From the IMG/VR virus record IMGVR_UViG_3300045988_131126: a stretch of DNA of 64,000 nucleotides. The stretch is one strand, 5' to 3'. Below the pieces are notes generated by a model. The model did no database searches. It was not told the origin of the DNA and was given only the letters and a program-made list of their open reading frames with translations. Source of the stretch: a virus. Within the stretch, counting starts at the first letter, position 1; each line of letters begins with the position of its first letter. The position numbers and the translations under genes are program-made. Shown here one piece after another: positions 1-9,904 of this stretch.

Positions 1-185
1 TAAAAGTCCTCCTTATTTATGAATATGACGAATTGATTCATCATTATGGATATGTTTCCATATACTGTAAAATGTAATTTGATGATATATAATACTTATG
101 AATAAAAGGAGGTGATATAAAATGATTGAGATTATTAGTGTAGAAGACATTGAAGAAACTAAAGATAATAAGGAGGAAAAAGAAT

Positions 186-554
186 GTGAGAAAACCAAAA
201 GACACTATCAAAATGGCAGATGAATGCATGGTAATATGTAAAGCTATAAAAGGTGACGAAAGTGAATATATCGTGCGTGTATATGACGACGGACATGTAG
301 AATTTTTGAAATCCTTAGATTGTATGTGGTCGTTAGTCATTACGCCTAGATATATAGTAGACAAATATTTTAAAAATATAGCTAAATATATTCTTGATTA
401 TAATTATAACTTAAGCTCCACAAGCAAAATTATTAAATTCGTAATTATACCAGTTACGAGTATTACTTTGTCCACAAAACGTAACGTTATAATGAGTAAA
501 GGATACATAGATTCTTTAGAAAAATCTATTAACGCTAAACCGAAAAATAAATAA
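186..554 (+). CDS. hypothetical protein (tandem paralog set A, member 1)
   Basis: ORF track 150..554. AGGAGG at 170-176 lies 9 nt before in-frame GTG 186 (ATG 213 is an alternative start). The block CMVICKAIKGDESEYIVRVYDDGHVEF resembles the next two ORFs. Confidence 0.55.
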   Translation: MRKPKDTIKMADECMVICKAIKGDESEYIVRVYDDGHVEFLKSLDCMWSLVITPRYIVDKYFKNIAKYILDYNYNLSSTSKIIKFVIIPVTSITLSTKRNVIMSKGYIDSLEKSINAKPKNK

Positions 555-568
555 AGGAGAAAATAAAA

Positions 569-1264
569 ATGATTAAAAACAATGATTCAATCGCTACCAC
601 AGGAAAAGGAAAAGATGAAAAATGTCATACAATTCAGGAATGCAAAGATTGCTTAAAAAGTTCAAACTTAATAAAGAAGTACAAAATAGATCCGAACGAT
701 GATAGTAGTATAGAAAAGCATGTACGTCTAATGATCGATGATGCGAAGGAGCAATTTGGGAATACTTTAACAGATGATCAAGCTATGAGCTTGGTATACG
801 ATAGAATAGTACAAGCGGACCGTAATTGCATAATGTATGGTAATAATAATCCGCATTCAACATTAGGAAGTCTCGGACCATTCCCTCAGTATCACCCATA
901 TGGAACCGAGTTCGGATATTATCATCCATTAACGACACCACCATTATTTAATAATTACAAGGATTCTTTTCCTGAAGAAGAAAGATCATTTTATGGAAAG
1001 TTTAATACGATAAAAATGGTGTTAGAATCTGGAGATGAATATTACATCTGTGCATATAATAATGGGAATGTATATGAAAGCAAGGATTTCAATTCAGCCG
1101 CTTTATACCGTACAAGTAATTTATTAGAATACATGGGTGCTATATTTGAATTTGTTAAATCTTTTAATGATGATTCAGAAGACAAAGTCAAGGTAGTACT
1201 TAATATTGCAGTAAATATTAACCCGTCAAGTAATATTTCAAGAATTTATGAAAAGGAGAATTAA
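569..1264 (+). CDS. hypothetical protein (paralog set A, member 2)
   Basis: 231-aa ORF with AAGGAG at 554-559. The block FNTIKMVLESGDEYYICAYNNGNVYES is shared with its neighbours. Confidence 0.7.
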   Translation: MIKNNDSIATTGKGKDEKCHTIQECKDCLKSSNLIKKYKIDPNDDSSIEKHVRLMIDDAKEQFGNTLTDDQAMSLVYDRIVQADRNCIMYGNNNPHSTLGSLGPFPQYHPYGTEFGYYHPLTTPPLFNNYKDSFPEEERSFYGKFNTIKMVLESGDEYYICAYNNGNVYESKDFNSAALYRTSNLLEYMGAIFEFVKSFNDDSEDKVKVVLNIAVNINPSSNISRIYEKEN

Positions 1265-1268
1265 GAAC

Positions 1269-1697
1269 ATGAAAAAAGACAATTATAGCTATTTTTGTCG
1301 CGATCTAGGTTCATGCCAATCAAAAGAAAATACTAATGTGGAATATCAATATCCGCCAGCAATGACAAATTTTCCTCCCGTATATAAATCACCATACCTG
1401 TCAATTTCTGATTTAGGATGTAATGATTTTTTATCCGGAGAGTTAAGTATAATAAAAGTAAAATTAAGATCCGGAGTAGAAAGATTCGTTTGTATGAATA
1501 ATGATACGAAAGTTTATTTATCTGAAAGGTTTACATTAGATGCTTTATTTTATAACGAAGAGTTATTATCTTGCATCCCATTAGTAAATGATTTTGTTAT
1601 TAGATATGATAAGGAGAATACGGATAATAAAATAGTATTATGTGGTATTATGGATTTATTTATTTCATACGCCTCTAAGATGCTTTTATACAAATAA
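1269..1697 (+). CDS. hypothetical protein (paralog set A, member 3)
   Basis: ORF track 1248..1697. ATG 1269 follows AAAGGAGA. The block LSIIKVKLRSGVERFVCMNNDTKVYLS is shared with its neighbours. Confidence 0.65.
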   Translation: MKKDNYSYFCRDLGSCQSKENTNVEYQYPPAMTNFPPVYKSPYLSISDLGCNDFLSGELSIIKVKLRSGVERFVCMNNDTKVYLSERFTLDALFYNEELLSCIPLVNDFVIRYDKENTDNKIVLCGIMDLFISYASKMLLYK

Positions 1698-1706
1698 GGC
1701 AATAAT

Positions 1707-1738
1707 ATGGGTAGTAAGGAATTTTCCTTACTACCCAT
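1707..1738. terminator. bidirectional hairpin terminator between convergent genes
   Basis: ATGGGTAGTAAGGA-ATTT-TCCTTACTACCCAT followed by a T-run. Confidence 0.6.
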
Positions 1739-1742
1739 TATT

Positions 1743-1856
1743 TTATTTTTTATCTTTTTCGTCTTTCTCTTCTTTTTCAGATTCGTTTAAAGGCTGGTCT
1801 GGATAATCAAATACTCCTAATCCTAAATCGCCTTGTTCTGTAATAACCTGTGCCAT
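1743..1856 (-). CDS. small acidic protein (37 aa, MAQVITEQGDLGLGVFDYPDQPLNESEKEEKDEKDKK)
   Basis: Not in the ORF track because it is under 60 aa. ATG at 1856 is preceded by AAAGGAGGTG. It lies directly downstream of 1877..2608. Confidence 0.5.
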   Translation of the reverse strand: MAQVITEQGDLGLGVFDYPDQPLNESEKEEKDEKDKK

Positions 1857-1876
1857 AATTACACCTCCTTTACATA

Positions 1877-2608
1877 TTATGATCTTGTTACGAGATTTTT
1901 CTTTTTACGTAAAGAATAATATGTATAATTATCTTTATCAATAAGATTAGACGTAATATGAGCACCTAGTAAGTAAGTATTTAAAAGGTTCTTAGAAGAA
2001 GCTCCATCTACAGACTTAGGTATATCTTTTAACTTAAACATACCTGTGCTACTAATTTGATTATACATATAGTTTTTAGCTTGCATATCGTCACCTCTAG
2101 ACCCAGCAAACTCTTCCATAGTATTAGTTAATCCCCAGGATGCTAAAGACTCAAACTCTCTATCTGATGTCAGTGCACCTTTATCTCTACCTACTAATCG
2201 TCCAGTCTTATTATCTCTATTAGCAATACTACTAGACCATTTGTTTTTATGGGTAATAAACTGCTGTACTTTCTTAAGATGTAAATACATTACTGTACAT
2301 TCTTGAGATGCTACAGCTCTACCATTCTTATCTCTGTATAATGCAGGTGTATATATTTTTTCTGTTAAAGGTACATTTATAATCTTCAAAGCTTCTATAA
2401 TATCTGTCATAGAAGGATTTGTAGTACCAGTTCTCATTTGGAATCTTATCGGATATTCTTTCTTCATCCAATTCATGAATTGAGTGTCTGATAATTTACT
2501 AAATAAATCTTTATAATATTTAGTATTAGTACCAGAAGTATCAACTCTATCCATTACTTTTATTATTAAATTCTCCACTTGTTTTCTTTTTTTAGGATCT
2601 AAAGCCAT
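1877..2608 (-). CDS. hypothetical phage protein
   Basis: 243-aa ORF with a GGAGTGA RBS, packed 6 nt after the stop of 2615..3484. Confidence 0.7.
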   Translation of the reverse strand: MALDPKKRKQVENLIIKVMDRVDTSGTNTKYYKDLFSKLSDTQFMNWMKKEYPIRFQMRTGTTNPSMTDIIEALKIINVPLTEKIYTPALYRDKNGRAVASQECTVMYLHLKKVQQFITHKNKWSSSIANRDNKTGRLVGRDKGALTSDREFESLASWGLTNTMEEFAGSRGDDMQAKNYMYNQISSTGMFKLKDIPKSVDGASSKNLLNTYLLGAHITSNLIDKDNYTYYSLRKKKNLVTRS

Positions 2609-2614
2609 ATTTTA

Positions 2615-3484
2615 TCACTCCAGTCTTATAGTAGTTTGTCCAAGATGAACATTTGTAGTTCTATATACAGCATATTCTTCAACATATCCACTACTATTTT
2701 CATGATCAAATTTTGTGATTAATTCAAAATCTGCTTCTTCTGAAATAATTGTGAATTTAGGTGCTCCGAATCTTACAGGTAATGCTATATAAATATATTC
2801 CTGTTCTCTTGATACTACAGTAAAACCTTTTTGTTTGTTTTCGGTTAATACTCTACTTAATGAATTAATAAAAGATGAATTAATATCATGAAGTTTTTCT
2901 GTTCCATAATATATATTATTCAAGAATTTAAGTTCTGTTGTTTTAATATCAGAATTGCCATCATCACCTTCGACTCTTAATGTATAAGTCTGTGAGGATG
3001 TAAATGGTCCATCCAATGTTCTACTTCTCTTTGTAATATCAGGAATTTCTACATCATTCAAATATTGTCTTGTAAGTACTCTGAAGTTTGTATCCCATTT
3101 AAGTGTAATAGAATTAATTACACTACCGATCTCTACTATATTAGGAGTTACAGAGAAATTGGTAACTTTAATTGTAGAAGACTGTAATCTAGAGATATCA
3201 TCTCTTAATTTTTTAACTTCTTCTACATCGTTTCTCCAATTTTCCAAATCTTCCTCAGTTATATCTCTTATATAAGACGGAACAGTTGGATCTTTAACAG
3301 ATACTTCTATAACTCCAGAATTTCTTAGTAAATTAACTAATCCAGATAATAATAAATCTACAGTAATACTTTGTGTTTCATCGCTACTAGGATTTTGTAT
3401 AAGCATTTTTTCTTTTCCAGTTATAACTCCTAGTTCATTTAAATCATCTATAGTCTGAGATAATACACTATCATAATTTGCCAT
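2615..3484 (-). CDS. putative tail fibre/receptor-binding-associated protein
   Basis: Has the N-terminal adaptor-like motif (LNELGVITGKEKMLIQNPSSDETQSITVDLL) shared with the four upstream genes. The Ig-like central part resembles the C-terminal parts of 49858..51075. Confidence 0.5.
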   Translation of the reverse strand: MANYDSVLSQTIDDLNELGVITGKEKMLIQNPSSDETQSITVDLLLSGLVNLLRNSGVIEVSVKDPTVPSYIRDITEEDLENWRNDVEEVKKLRDDISRLQSSTIKVTNFSVTPNIVEIGSVINSITLKWDTNFRVLTRQYLNDVEIPDITKRSRTLDGPFTSSQTYTLRVEGDDGNSDIKTTELKFLNNIYYGTEKLHDINSSFINSLSRVLTENKQKGFTVVSREQEYIYIALPVRFGAPKFTIISEEADFELITKFDHENSSGYVEEYAVYRTTNVHLGQTTIRLE

Positions 3485-3566
3485 TATAGAGTCCTCCTAC
3501 TCTCATTATTAATAATTTGTGAAGAAAATTAAACGGAATATAGACGAATCTATATTCCGTTATTAT

Positions 3567-4340
3567 TTAGATATCTGTACGAATGATTACTTCAATAGGT
3601 ATATCTATCTCTGGCTTCCAGTTATAGCCCTTTAATGTAATACTTCCATCTGTTTGTGTACCATGCACAATACCAGCATCGCACCAAGCTTCAACTTGTT
3701 CCAGGGATGCAGTACCTGGAAGCAATACTTCTACATTATTCGTAGCTGTAACTCCGCTTACAGAGATAGTAATTGAAAACGGTGGGTTTCTGTCATTACC
3801 AACCCATCCAGAAGCAGGAAGGTTAGTGCTAATCTTTTTAGATTTTGTAACTACCGTTTTCATAGTATTATCTATTTCTTTAATTTTATTATTTACCGTT
3901 GTATTAAGATTCTCAACCTTCTGATCTGTAGAAGTAGTGTATTGATTAAATTTGGTATTTAATGTTTTCACAGCTTCATTAAGCTGTGCATCTACTTTAT
4001 CAGTAAGATTTGAACTTAATGTATCGAACTTAGTATTTAAGTTCTGAATAGATGCAGAAACTTCATTTGTAAGATTAGTAATATCTTGCTTCATATTTGT
4101 CAAATTAGTTTCTACATTTGAAAATTTGTTGTCTATATAAGTAGCATTGTAATAAACACTATCTTTATCTGGACTGGTTGGATCACCAGCAAAAGCTTCT
4201 CTAAGGCTTTTTAAAGATACTATTCTACAAACTTTATTTATGCCAACAAGAAGTATTGTCTCGTCACTCAACACTGATACAGGTTCAAGATCTTCGAGTC
4301 TTACACCTTCAATTTTGAATTGGTTATTTGTATCTGCCAT
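3567..4340 (-). CDS. tail fibre protein, coiled-coil shaft with conserved C-terminal knob
   Basis: N/T/L-rich heptad-like shaft (NLTNMKQDITNLTNEVSASIQNLNTKFDTLSSNLTD). The C-terminal ~85 aa (SGWVG...VSGVTATNNVEVLLPG...VEAWCDAGIVHGTQ...IPIEVIIRTDI) recurs in 53611..54756 and 56529..58109. Confidence 0.65.
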   Translation of the reverse strand: MADTNNQFKIEGVRLEDLEPVSVLSDETILLVGINKVCRIVSLKSLREAFAGDPTSPDKDSVYYNATYIDNKFSNVETNLTNMKQDITNLTNEVSASIQNLNTKFDTLSSNLTDKVDAQLNEAVKTLNTKFNQYTTSTDQKVENLNTTVNNKIKEIDNTMKTVVTKSKKISTNLPASGWVGNDRNPPFSITISVSGVTATNNVEVLLPGTASLEQVEAWCDAGIVHGTQTDGSITLKGYNWKPEIDIPIEVIIRTDI

Positions 4341-4356
4341 TCAACTTTACTTCCTT

Positions 4357-5949
4357 TCATGAGATTTGTGTCCATTTATTATTAATATAAACGAATTTCA
4401 CACCTTTATATTTATGTAAAGTAAGCTCTTTGGACTCCAATAGTACAATATTAGAAGAGATATTCTTTAATTTTCTACCTCTACTAGATACTAATTCTAT
4501 CGTCTGGCCTTCGATACCTCTATTTATGATAGATAAATCTACATCTCCAGATATATCTATATAGCAATTTCTAAAGTCTTTAATAATAAGAGTACCATCA
4601 GTACCAGAAAGATCCTCTGTATACTTATCAGTAACCATATATCTTTCTGGATCAGAATAATCTGTAACCATTCCGAGATTAGTATATACTGATAAAGGAG
4701 TATATCCTGTATTTTTGATGGATGCGTTTACGAATAATTTAGCGTTCATATTCTTAAAGATATATCTAGTATCTTTTCCAGAGTATGAATATATGTGATT
4801 TCCTCCAAGTAATACAGAAGATTCTTTATTTGCAGAAATATTATATACTTCAAATACATCAGTAGCAGATATATTAGATATAGATATATTGGATTTTGAA
4901 CCTGATCCTACAGATATTCCAGTATATCCTTTTTCTATTCTTAGATTGTCGATAGTTACATCAGAAGATGTAACAGAATTATCAATTCCGACTAATCCCG
5001 AATTATTATTCTTATATAATATTCTTACGTTGGAAATGGTTACATTTCCTACAGGAACTAATCCAGTTATAGAAATAGCTTCTTTAATATTATCGAATTT
5101 ACAATTTACAATTGAAATATTGTCTGATAATACACTCTCAGAAGTATCTCCATGAATATATAACCCTTTACCAGATGCAGCTGTATTGGTAAATTCTGAA
5201 TCTAATATTTTAATATTAGAGCTATCAGATATTTCGATTGCATTTTCATTTTCTTTTATTCCGGTAAATTTGCAATCAATGAATTCTATATTTTTAGATT
5301 TATTAACATAAATCCCTCTGCCAGAATAATTGCATTTCACATTTAAATTTCTTAATGTAATATTTTCGCAATTCTTGATATTAATAGTAGCATTCTTATC
5401 TAAGAATAACGTAGCTCCATTAAAATCTATATATTTACCATTTGGAATAGTAATATTTTGAGTTATCCTATAGGTTTTATTGGATACAAACTCTATAGAT
5501 TCATCTAATTTAAGCAATCTTGTAATAGGCTCGATATCGTCAGCATTACCGTCTCCAGCAGCACCAATTTGTTCTGGTCTAACTGATCCGTCTGGAGATA
5601 ATATTGCTTTTAACACAGTTCTGCTATTGATAGGGAGAATAGTATATCCATTGGTAACCATCGCTGGAGCATAAACTACTTCGTATCTAGCAGCACCACC
5701 ATCTCCACCTTTATTAAAACCTTTTGTATATGCTACGCTTCCTTCTGTAAGAGATTCTGATGCAGATAATTCTCCTACATTATCAAAAAATAAATTATCT
5801 CTTAAAACGTTACCAAGAAAATCTTCTACTTTCATTCTCTTAGTACCGTCTTTTCCTTCTATAATAACCCAGTCGTATCCATTTTCAATAGTAGATTTGA
5901 CTGGTAATTCTCTGATCATTTTGTATTGATCAACACTTAAAATTGACAT
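4357..5949 (-). CDS. tailspike, right-handed beta-helix (pectate-lyase-like) depolymerase
   Basis: IGAAGDGNADDIEPITRLL near the N-terminus. Repeated rungs follow: ITLRNLNVKC, IEFIDCKFTG, IKILDSEFTN, ISIVNCKFDN, VTISNVRILY, VTIDNLRIEK. Confidence 0.7.
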   Translation of the reverse strand: MSILSVDQYKMIRELPVKSTIENGYDWVIIEGKDGTKRMKVEDFLGNVLRDNLFFDNVGELSASESLTEGSVAYTKGFNKGGDGGAARYEVVYAPAMVTNGYTILPINSRTVLKAILSPDGSVRPEQIGAAGDGNADDIEPITRLLKLDESIEFVSNKTYRITQNITIPNGKYIDFNGATLFLDKNATINIKNCENITLRNLNVKCNYSGRGIYVNKSKNIEFIDCKFTGIKENENAIEISDSSNIKILDSEFTNTAASGKGLYIHGDTSESVLSDNISIVNCKFDNIKEAISITGLVPVGNVTISNVRILYKNNNSGLVGIDNSVTSSDVTIDNLRIEKGYTGISVGSGSKSNISISNISATDVFEVYNISANKESSVLLGGNHIYSYSGKDTRYIFKNMNAKLFVNASIKNTGYTPLSVYTNLGMVTDYSDPERYMVTDKYTEDLSGTDGTLIIKDFRNCYIDISGDVDLSIINRGIEGQTIELVSSRGRKLKNISSNIVLLESKELTLHKYKGVKFVYINNKWTQIS

Positions 5950-5962
5950 AGTTTACCTCCTT

Positions 5963-7780
5963 TTAAAAGTATAAACTCATATTTTGATAAATCATGTCTG
6001 CTATATTTTTATGCATATCATCATTTGGATATAATCCATCCATAAGATATGATTCGTAGTTATATTTATTTACACAAGAATTATCATATAAATTTAATAC
6101 AGGTAGATGATATTTCTTGCCTATATTAATTATAGCTTCTTTATAGTCATCGAGATATATATAATTCTTTGGATAATCGTCACTATTCTTTCCGTCTCCA
6201 TAATCTTGCCTTGCTCTAAACAATGGGGTTACTAAAAGAATCTTCATTGCAGGAGCATAAGTAAGGAGCATTCGGATAGCATTATTCATAGATCCATAGA
6301 ATGTAGTATCATTAAAATCATCTATAGTACCAAGTTCACCTTTGGCTTGATACCAATCGTTAGTACCAGCAAATATTATACAATATTTACATCTATCATC
6401 TATAGAGCTAGTACTAATCTGAGTTAATATAGATTTATTTGTACATACAGTATCATCATAGTTACCAACTGTCGCATCTCCAAGAGCATGATTAGCAACT
6501 ACAAATCCATATTTAGAAGATAGCAAACTAGCATATGATTTAGTTCTTATAGCACTAGAACCTATACCATAACTAATACCATCTCCATATATTAATAATT
6601 TCTCCCCATCAAATTGAGATTTATTCAATTTATTAATTTGATGCCATTGTGTAACTGTAGGCATTCCAGAAGATCTCAAAAATTTCTGAGATACATAAAT
6701 AAGACAATAATCATCTGTAGTATCTGCTAAGACATACATAAGAGTATTTCCATATTTAGATATATTTAATGTATACTGTCTATCTATATTAGGAGTACCA
6801 GTTACTCCTTTCATTACATAATAAGATCCAGTAGCTTCTTCATCAAATATATTACCATCTTCTATAATTCCTCTATTATCATATTCGTCAGATAATAAGT
6901 AATTTGATACTTTAAATCCAGAGTTAATATCCCATACTTCATCGAAATCTACTGTATGAATTTGTGTTCTTACACCAGATCTGACATACCTTGGTCTTAA
7001 CTCTAGATTATTGAAATATTCTATTTCTTGCTTTATATATACTCCAAGTTCACCAAATCTGGTAACTTCAAGTATTCTTAAATTTGTATCTTTCTCATCA
7101 TATTTAGGTAGATCTTTTACATCCGGTCCTAATAAATATATACCATCATCTATTATATTATTTACACTATCAGTAGTAATAAACCCTCTATATCTGTAGT
7201 ATGGTCCTAATTTAGTAGAAATAATAGCGTTATTTGCTATATGTCTAGTTAACCATCCACCAGCTGGTACTGTAGGGATAGAAACTGGAGTATCGCCAAC
7301 CATAGCATCTAATACTTCTTGTGCTAAATTTGATAATTTTATTTTATAAGCATCATCAGAAGTATCTAATTCGTCAGCTCTTATTGGTACATTATTATCT
7401 CTTTTATTAGCTAATACGTTATTAATAGGAATAAGATCTTTTACTTCTATCTTTCTAGAATCTAAATCATCTTCTACACCTTTTAATTCTTTTTTAGTAG
7501 CATAATTTTCTTTTAAATCTTTTACATCGCCTTCCATGCCAGTAATAGTTTCTTTGGTTGATTTTTTGAAGGCTTCTATAATTTCATCTATCTTCTTAGA
7601 TGAATATAACTTAGCTTCACCAGGAGTTTCTTCGTCTTTTATCATACTAAGAATAAGATTAAGCAAAGTTATTTTCTTCGTATCATCTTTATCTTGGATC
7701 ATCAATATATCTGTATCTAAAGCTTTAAAACGTTCTGTTAATTCTTCCAAATTAACAAGAGTAAAATCTTGATTTGACAT
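5963..7780 (-). CDS. tail fibre with C-terminal SGNH/GDSL-type hydrolase (esterase) domain
   Basis: C-terminal blocks LLIYGDGISYGIGSS, IIFAGTNDW and DGLYPNDDMH match SGNH blocks I, III and V. Has the N-terminal adaptor motif ILMIQDKDDTKKITLLNL. Confidence 0.7.
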   Translation of the reverse strand: MSNQDFTLVNLEELTERFKALDTDILMIQDKDDTKKITLLNLILSMIKDEETPGEAKLYSSKKIDEIIEAFKKSTKETITGMEGDVKDLKENYATKKELKGVEDDLDSRKIEVKDLIPINNVLANKRDNNVPIRADELDTSDDAYKIKLSNLAQEVLDAMVGDTPVSIPTVPAGGWLTRHIANNAIISTKLGPYYRYRGFITTDSVNNIIDDGIYLLGPDVKDLPKYDEKDTNLRILEVTRFGELGVYIKQEIEYFNNLELRPRYVRSGVRTQIHTVDFDEVWDINSGFKVSNYLLSDEYDNRGIIEDGNIFDEEATGSYYVMKGVTGTPNIDRQYTLNISKYGNTLMYVLADTTDDYCLIYVSQKFLRSSGMPTVTQWHQINKLNKSQFDGEKLLIYGDGISYGIGSSAIRTKSYASLLSSKYGFVVANHALGDATVGNYDDTVCTNKSILTQISTSSIDDRCKYCIIFAGTNDWYQAKGELGTIDDFNDTTFYGSMNNAIRMLLTYAPAMKILLVTPLFRARQDYGDGKNSDDYPKNYIYLDDYKEAIINIGKKYHLPVLNLYDNSCVNKYNYESYLMDGLYPNDDMHKNIADMIYQNMSLYF

Positions 7781-7878
7781 AAGATATTTCCGTCCTTTCT
7801 TCGAAGAATTATTAATATGATGTTCCGGCTAGGGCAAAAACAAGAGGTGTACATTAGTACACCTCTTATATAAGCATT

Positions 7879-9783
7879 TTATTCGTTTACACATTTATTA
7901 TAGAATCCTTCAAATGTCATTAATTGTAATTCGCCAGAATCTACTTTCTCCATTATATGATCAATTACATTTTCAAATGTAACCTCTTTTAATGAAGAAT
8001 CTGTTCCGTATTCTGTTACATCATTAGTGAATAATGCCATGCATTGTCCAGTTTCTATAATATAATCTATCCATTCGTTAATATCTTCAGAATTATTCTT
8101 ATTTCCTACCTTGATTACTGGCATACAGAAATCATTTCTTCCGAAGAAACTACAATATGTATTTTTATATATATTTTCTATACGAGCAATTTTATATCCC
8201 ATAGATTTCAATATCTTACATGTATTATCCTGAAGGTTTCCATATGGTGCGCTATAAGATATAGGATTAGCTCTAAGGGCTTTAATATAACTATCAGTGA
8301 ATAATAAATTGATATACTGCTCATAATCATTATCATCTTGAATAAGAAGTTCTTTATTAGGATGGCATCCATAAGGAGCTATATCCCATCCATATGTATA
8401 ATGATATTTAGACAATTTAGCTTTAGCATCTTTGGTTAAAGTTGTCCCTGAATTTGTAAATATAGTACATGGAATATTTCTAGAGTATAAATAAGGATAA
8501 GTATATTCAAATCCATGATCGTATACACCATTAAAGTTTAATAACAACGTAGGCTTCATCTTTTGGTTAAAGATGATAGAAGAAATATAAATATCAGAAT
8601 TATTGATCTGATCATTTCTTACTATCTCTAATCTGATAGACTGTATTGCAGCTTTATCTGGAGATCCAACTTTGATAAAGTCTTTTAATGGTTTCTTTAA
8701 ACAATTCCAACCATTAATCATTTCTGTATTACTGATATTATATTGGTAATAATTTGATGGTATTACCAATGGAGAATCACTAGATAGCTTAATGATTAAT
8801 CCGTCAGTGCTATCGAATGCTTTTATAATATCTTTAGATACATAGAATACCAATGTACAGAGATCGAAATTTACTGGATCACATTTGATAGTAAATTTTG
8901 GATTCGCTGTAGCTTCTAATCTTGTATGTATCTTCAATGAAGATTTTTTATCTCGGGTCTGGTCGTCTGATATAGTATATGTAGCATCGTCATCATTCTT
9001 ATTAAATATAAGATCGGCTCTTGGATATACATATGTACCATAATCGGTAATTAATCCGCATTTGTCTTTCTCATCATACAATTTATCTTGCAGTTCCATA
9101 CACTTGTCATATAAATATTTAGAATCTATATCATATGCAGTATATGTAATACTAATTTCACTATTAGGTATATTGCAAGATAATTCACAAGCATCATTTT
9201 TCAAACGATACTCAAATGCTCCATTAGATCCTACAATATCCTTATTTACTGTATCATTTCCATCTTTAATAACTAATGTGCCTATATCAGTTATATTAGG
9301 ATATATTATATTTATAGTGCATAATCCTATAGCAATATTTTTAGGATTATTTATAACTATAGGATTACCTTTTACTGTAATAACTTCGGACAATTTATCC
9401 ATTTTTATTCCAGTCAATTCTTCTTTATCTCTTAATATTCTCTCATGTAAAGATGATTCTCCATCTCTAGCATCTACCACCTCTGTATCTTTTCCTGTTC
9501 CGGCGGATGCTGATATTTGAGAAACTCTTTTATTTGTTTTTTCTAATTCCTGTTTAACAGCTATAAGTTCATCAGAAGAAATAATTTTATCTAACTTACT
9601 AGCTAAATATTTGGTTGAATAAAATAATATAGATGATGGACTCTTATTATCTCCAACAAAAGCTTTTTTGAGTTCTTCTACAGTAGCCTTCTTAGTGTCT
9701 TCTTTATCTTCAACGATGATAAGATTATTATCTTCTATATCGTTTTTTTCGAGGAGATCTTCTATTCTGGTTTCAAGATCCAT
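7879..9783 (-). CDS. tail fibre/receptor-binding protein with an unassigned C-terminal domain (possible carbohydrate esterase)
   Basis: 634-aa ORF with the N-terminal adaptor motif LIIVEDKEDTKKATVEEL. The C-terminal block LLLNFNGVYDHGFEY...YGWDIAPYGCHPN is only weakly reminiscent of NodB-type deacetylases. Confidence 0.5.
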   Translation of the reverse strand: MDLETRIEDLLEKNDIEDNNLIIVEDKEDTKKATVEELKKAFVGDNKSPSSILFYSTKYLASKLDKIISSDELIAVKQELEKTNKRVSQISASAGTGKDTEVVDARDGESSLHERILRDKEELTGIKMDKLSEVITVKGNPIVINNPKNIAIGLCTINIIYPNITDIGTLVIKDGNDTVNKDIVGSNGAFEYRLKNDACELSCNIPNSEISITYTAYDIDSKYLYDKCMELQDKLYDEKDKCGLITDYGTYVYPRADLIFNKNDDDATYTISDDQTRDKKSSLKIHTRLEATANPKFTIKCDPVNFDLCTLVFYVSKDIIKAFDSTDGLIIKLSSDSPLVIPSNYYQYNISNTEMINGWNCLKKPLKDFIKVGSPDKAAIQSIRLEIVRNDQINNSDIYISSIIFNQKMKPTLLLNFNGVYDHGFEYTYPYLYSRNIPCTIFTNSGTTLTKDAKAKLSKYHYTYGWDIAPYGCHPNKELLIQDDNDYEQYINLLFTDSYIKALRANPISYSAPYGNLQDNTCKILKSMGYKIARIENIYKNTYCSFFGRNDFCMPVIKVGNKNNSEDINEWIDYIIETGQCMALFTNDVTEYGTDSSLKEVTFENVIDHIMEKVDSGELQLMTFEGFYNKCVNE

Positions 9784-9904
9784 ATTTCACACTCCTTTAC
9801 TATTAATTACTTTATTGTTTTGGATCGTACAAAATACGCAAAAAATAAAGTAATATTTACATTAATTGGAGGTAGAGGATGATGCCCTCTACCTCTTATA
9901 CTAC

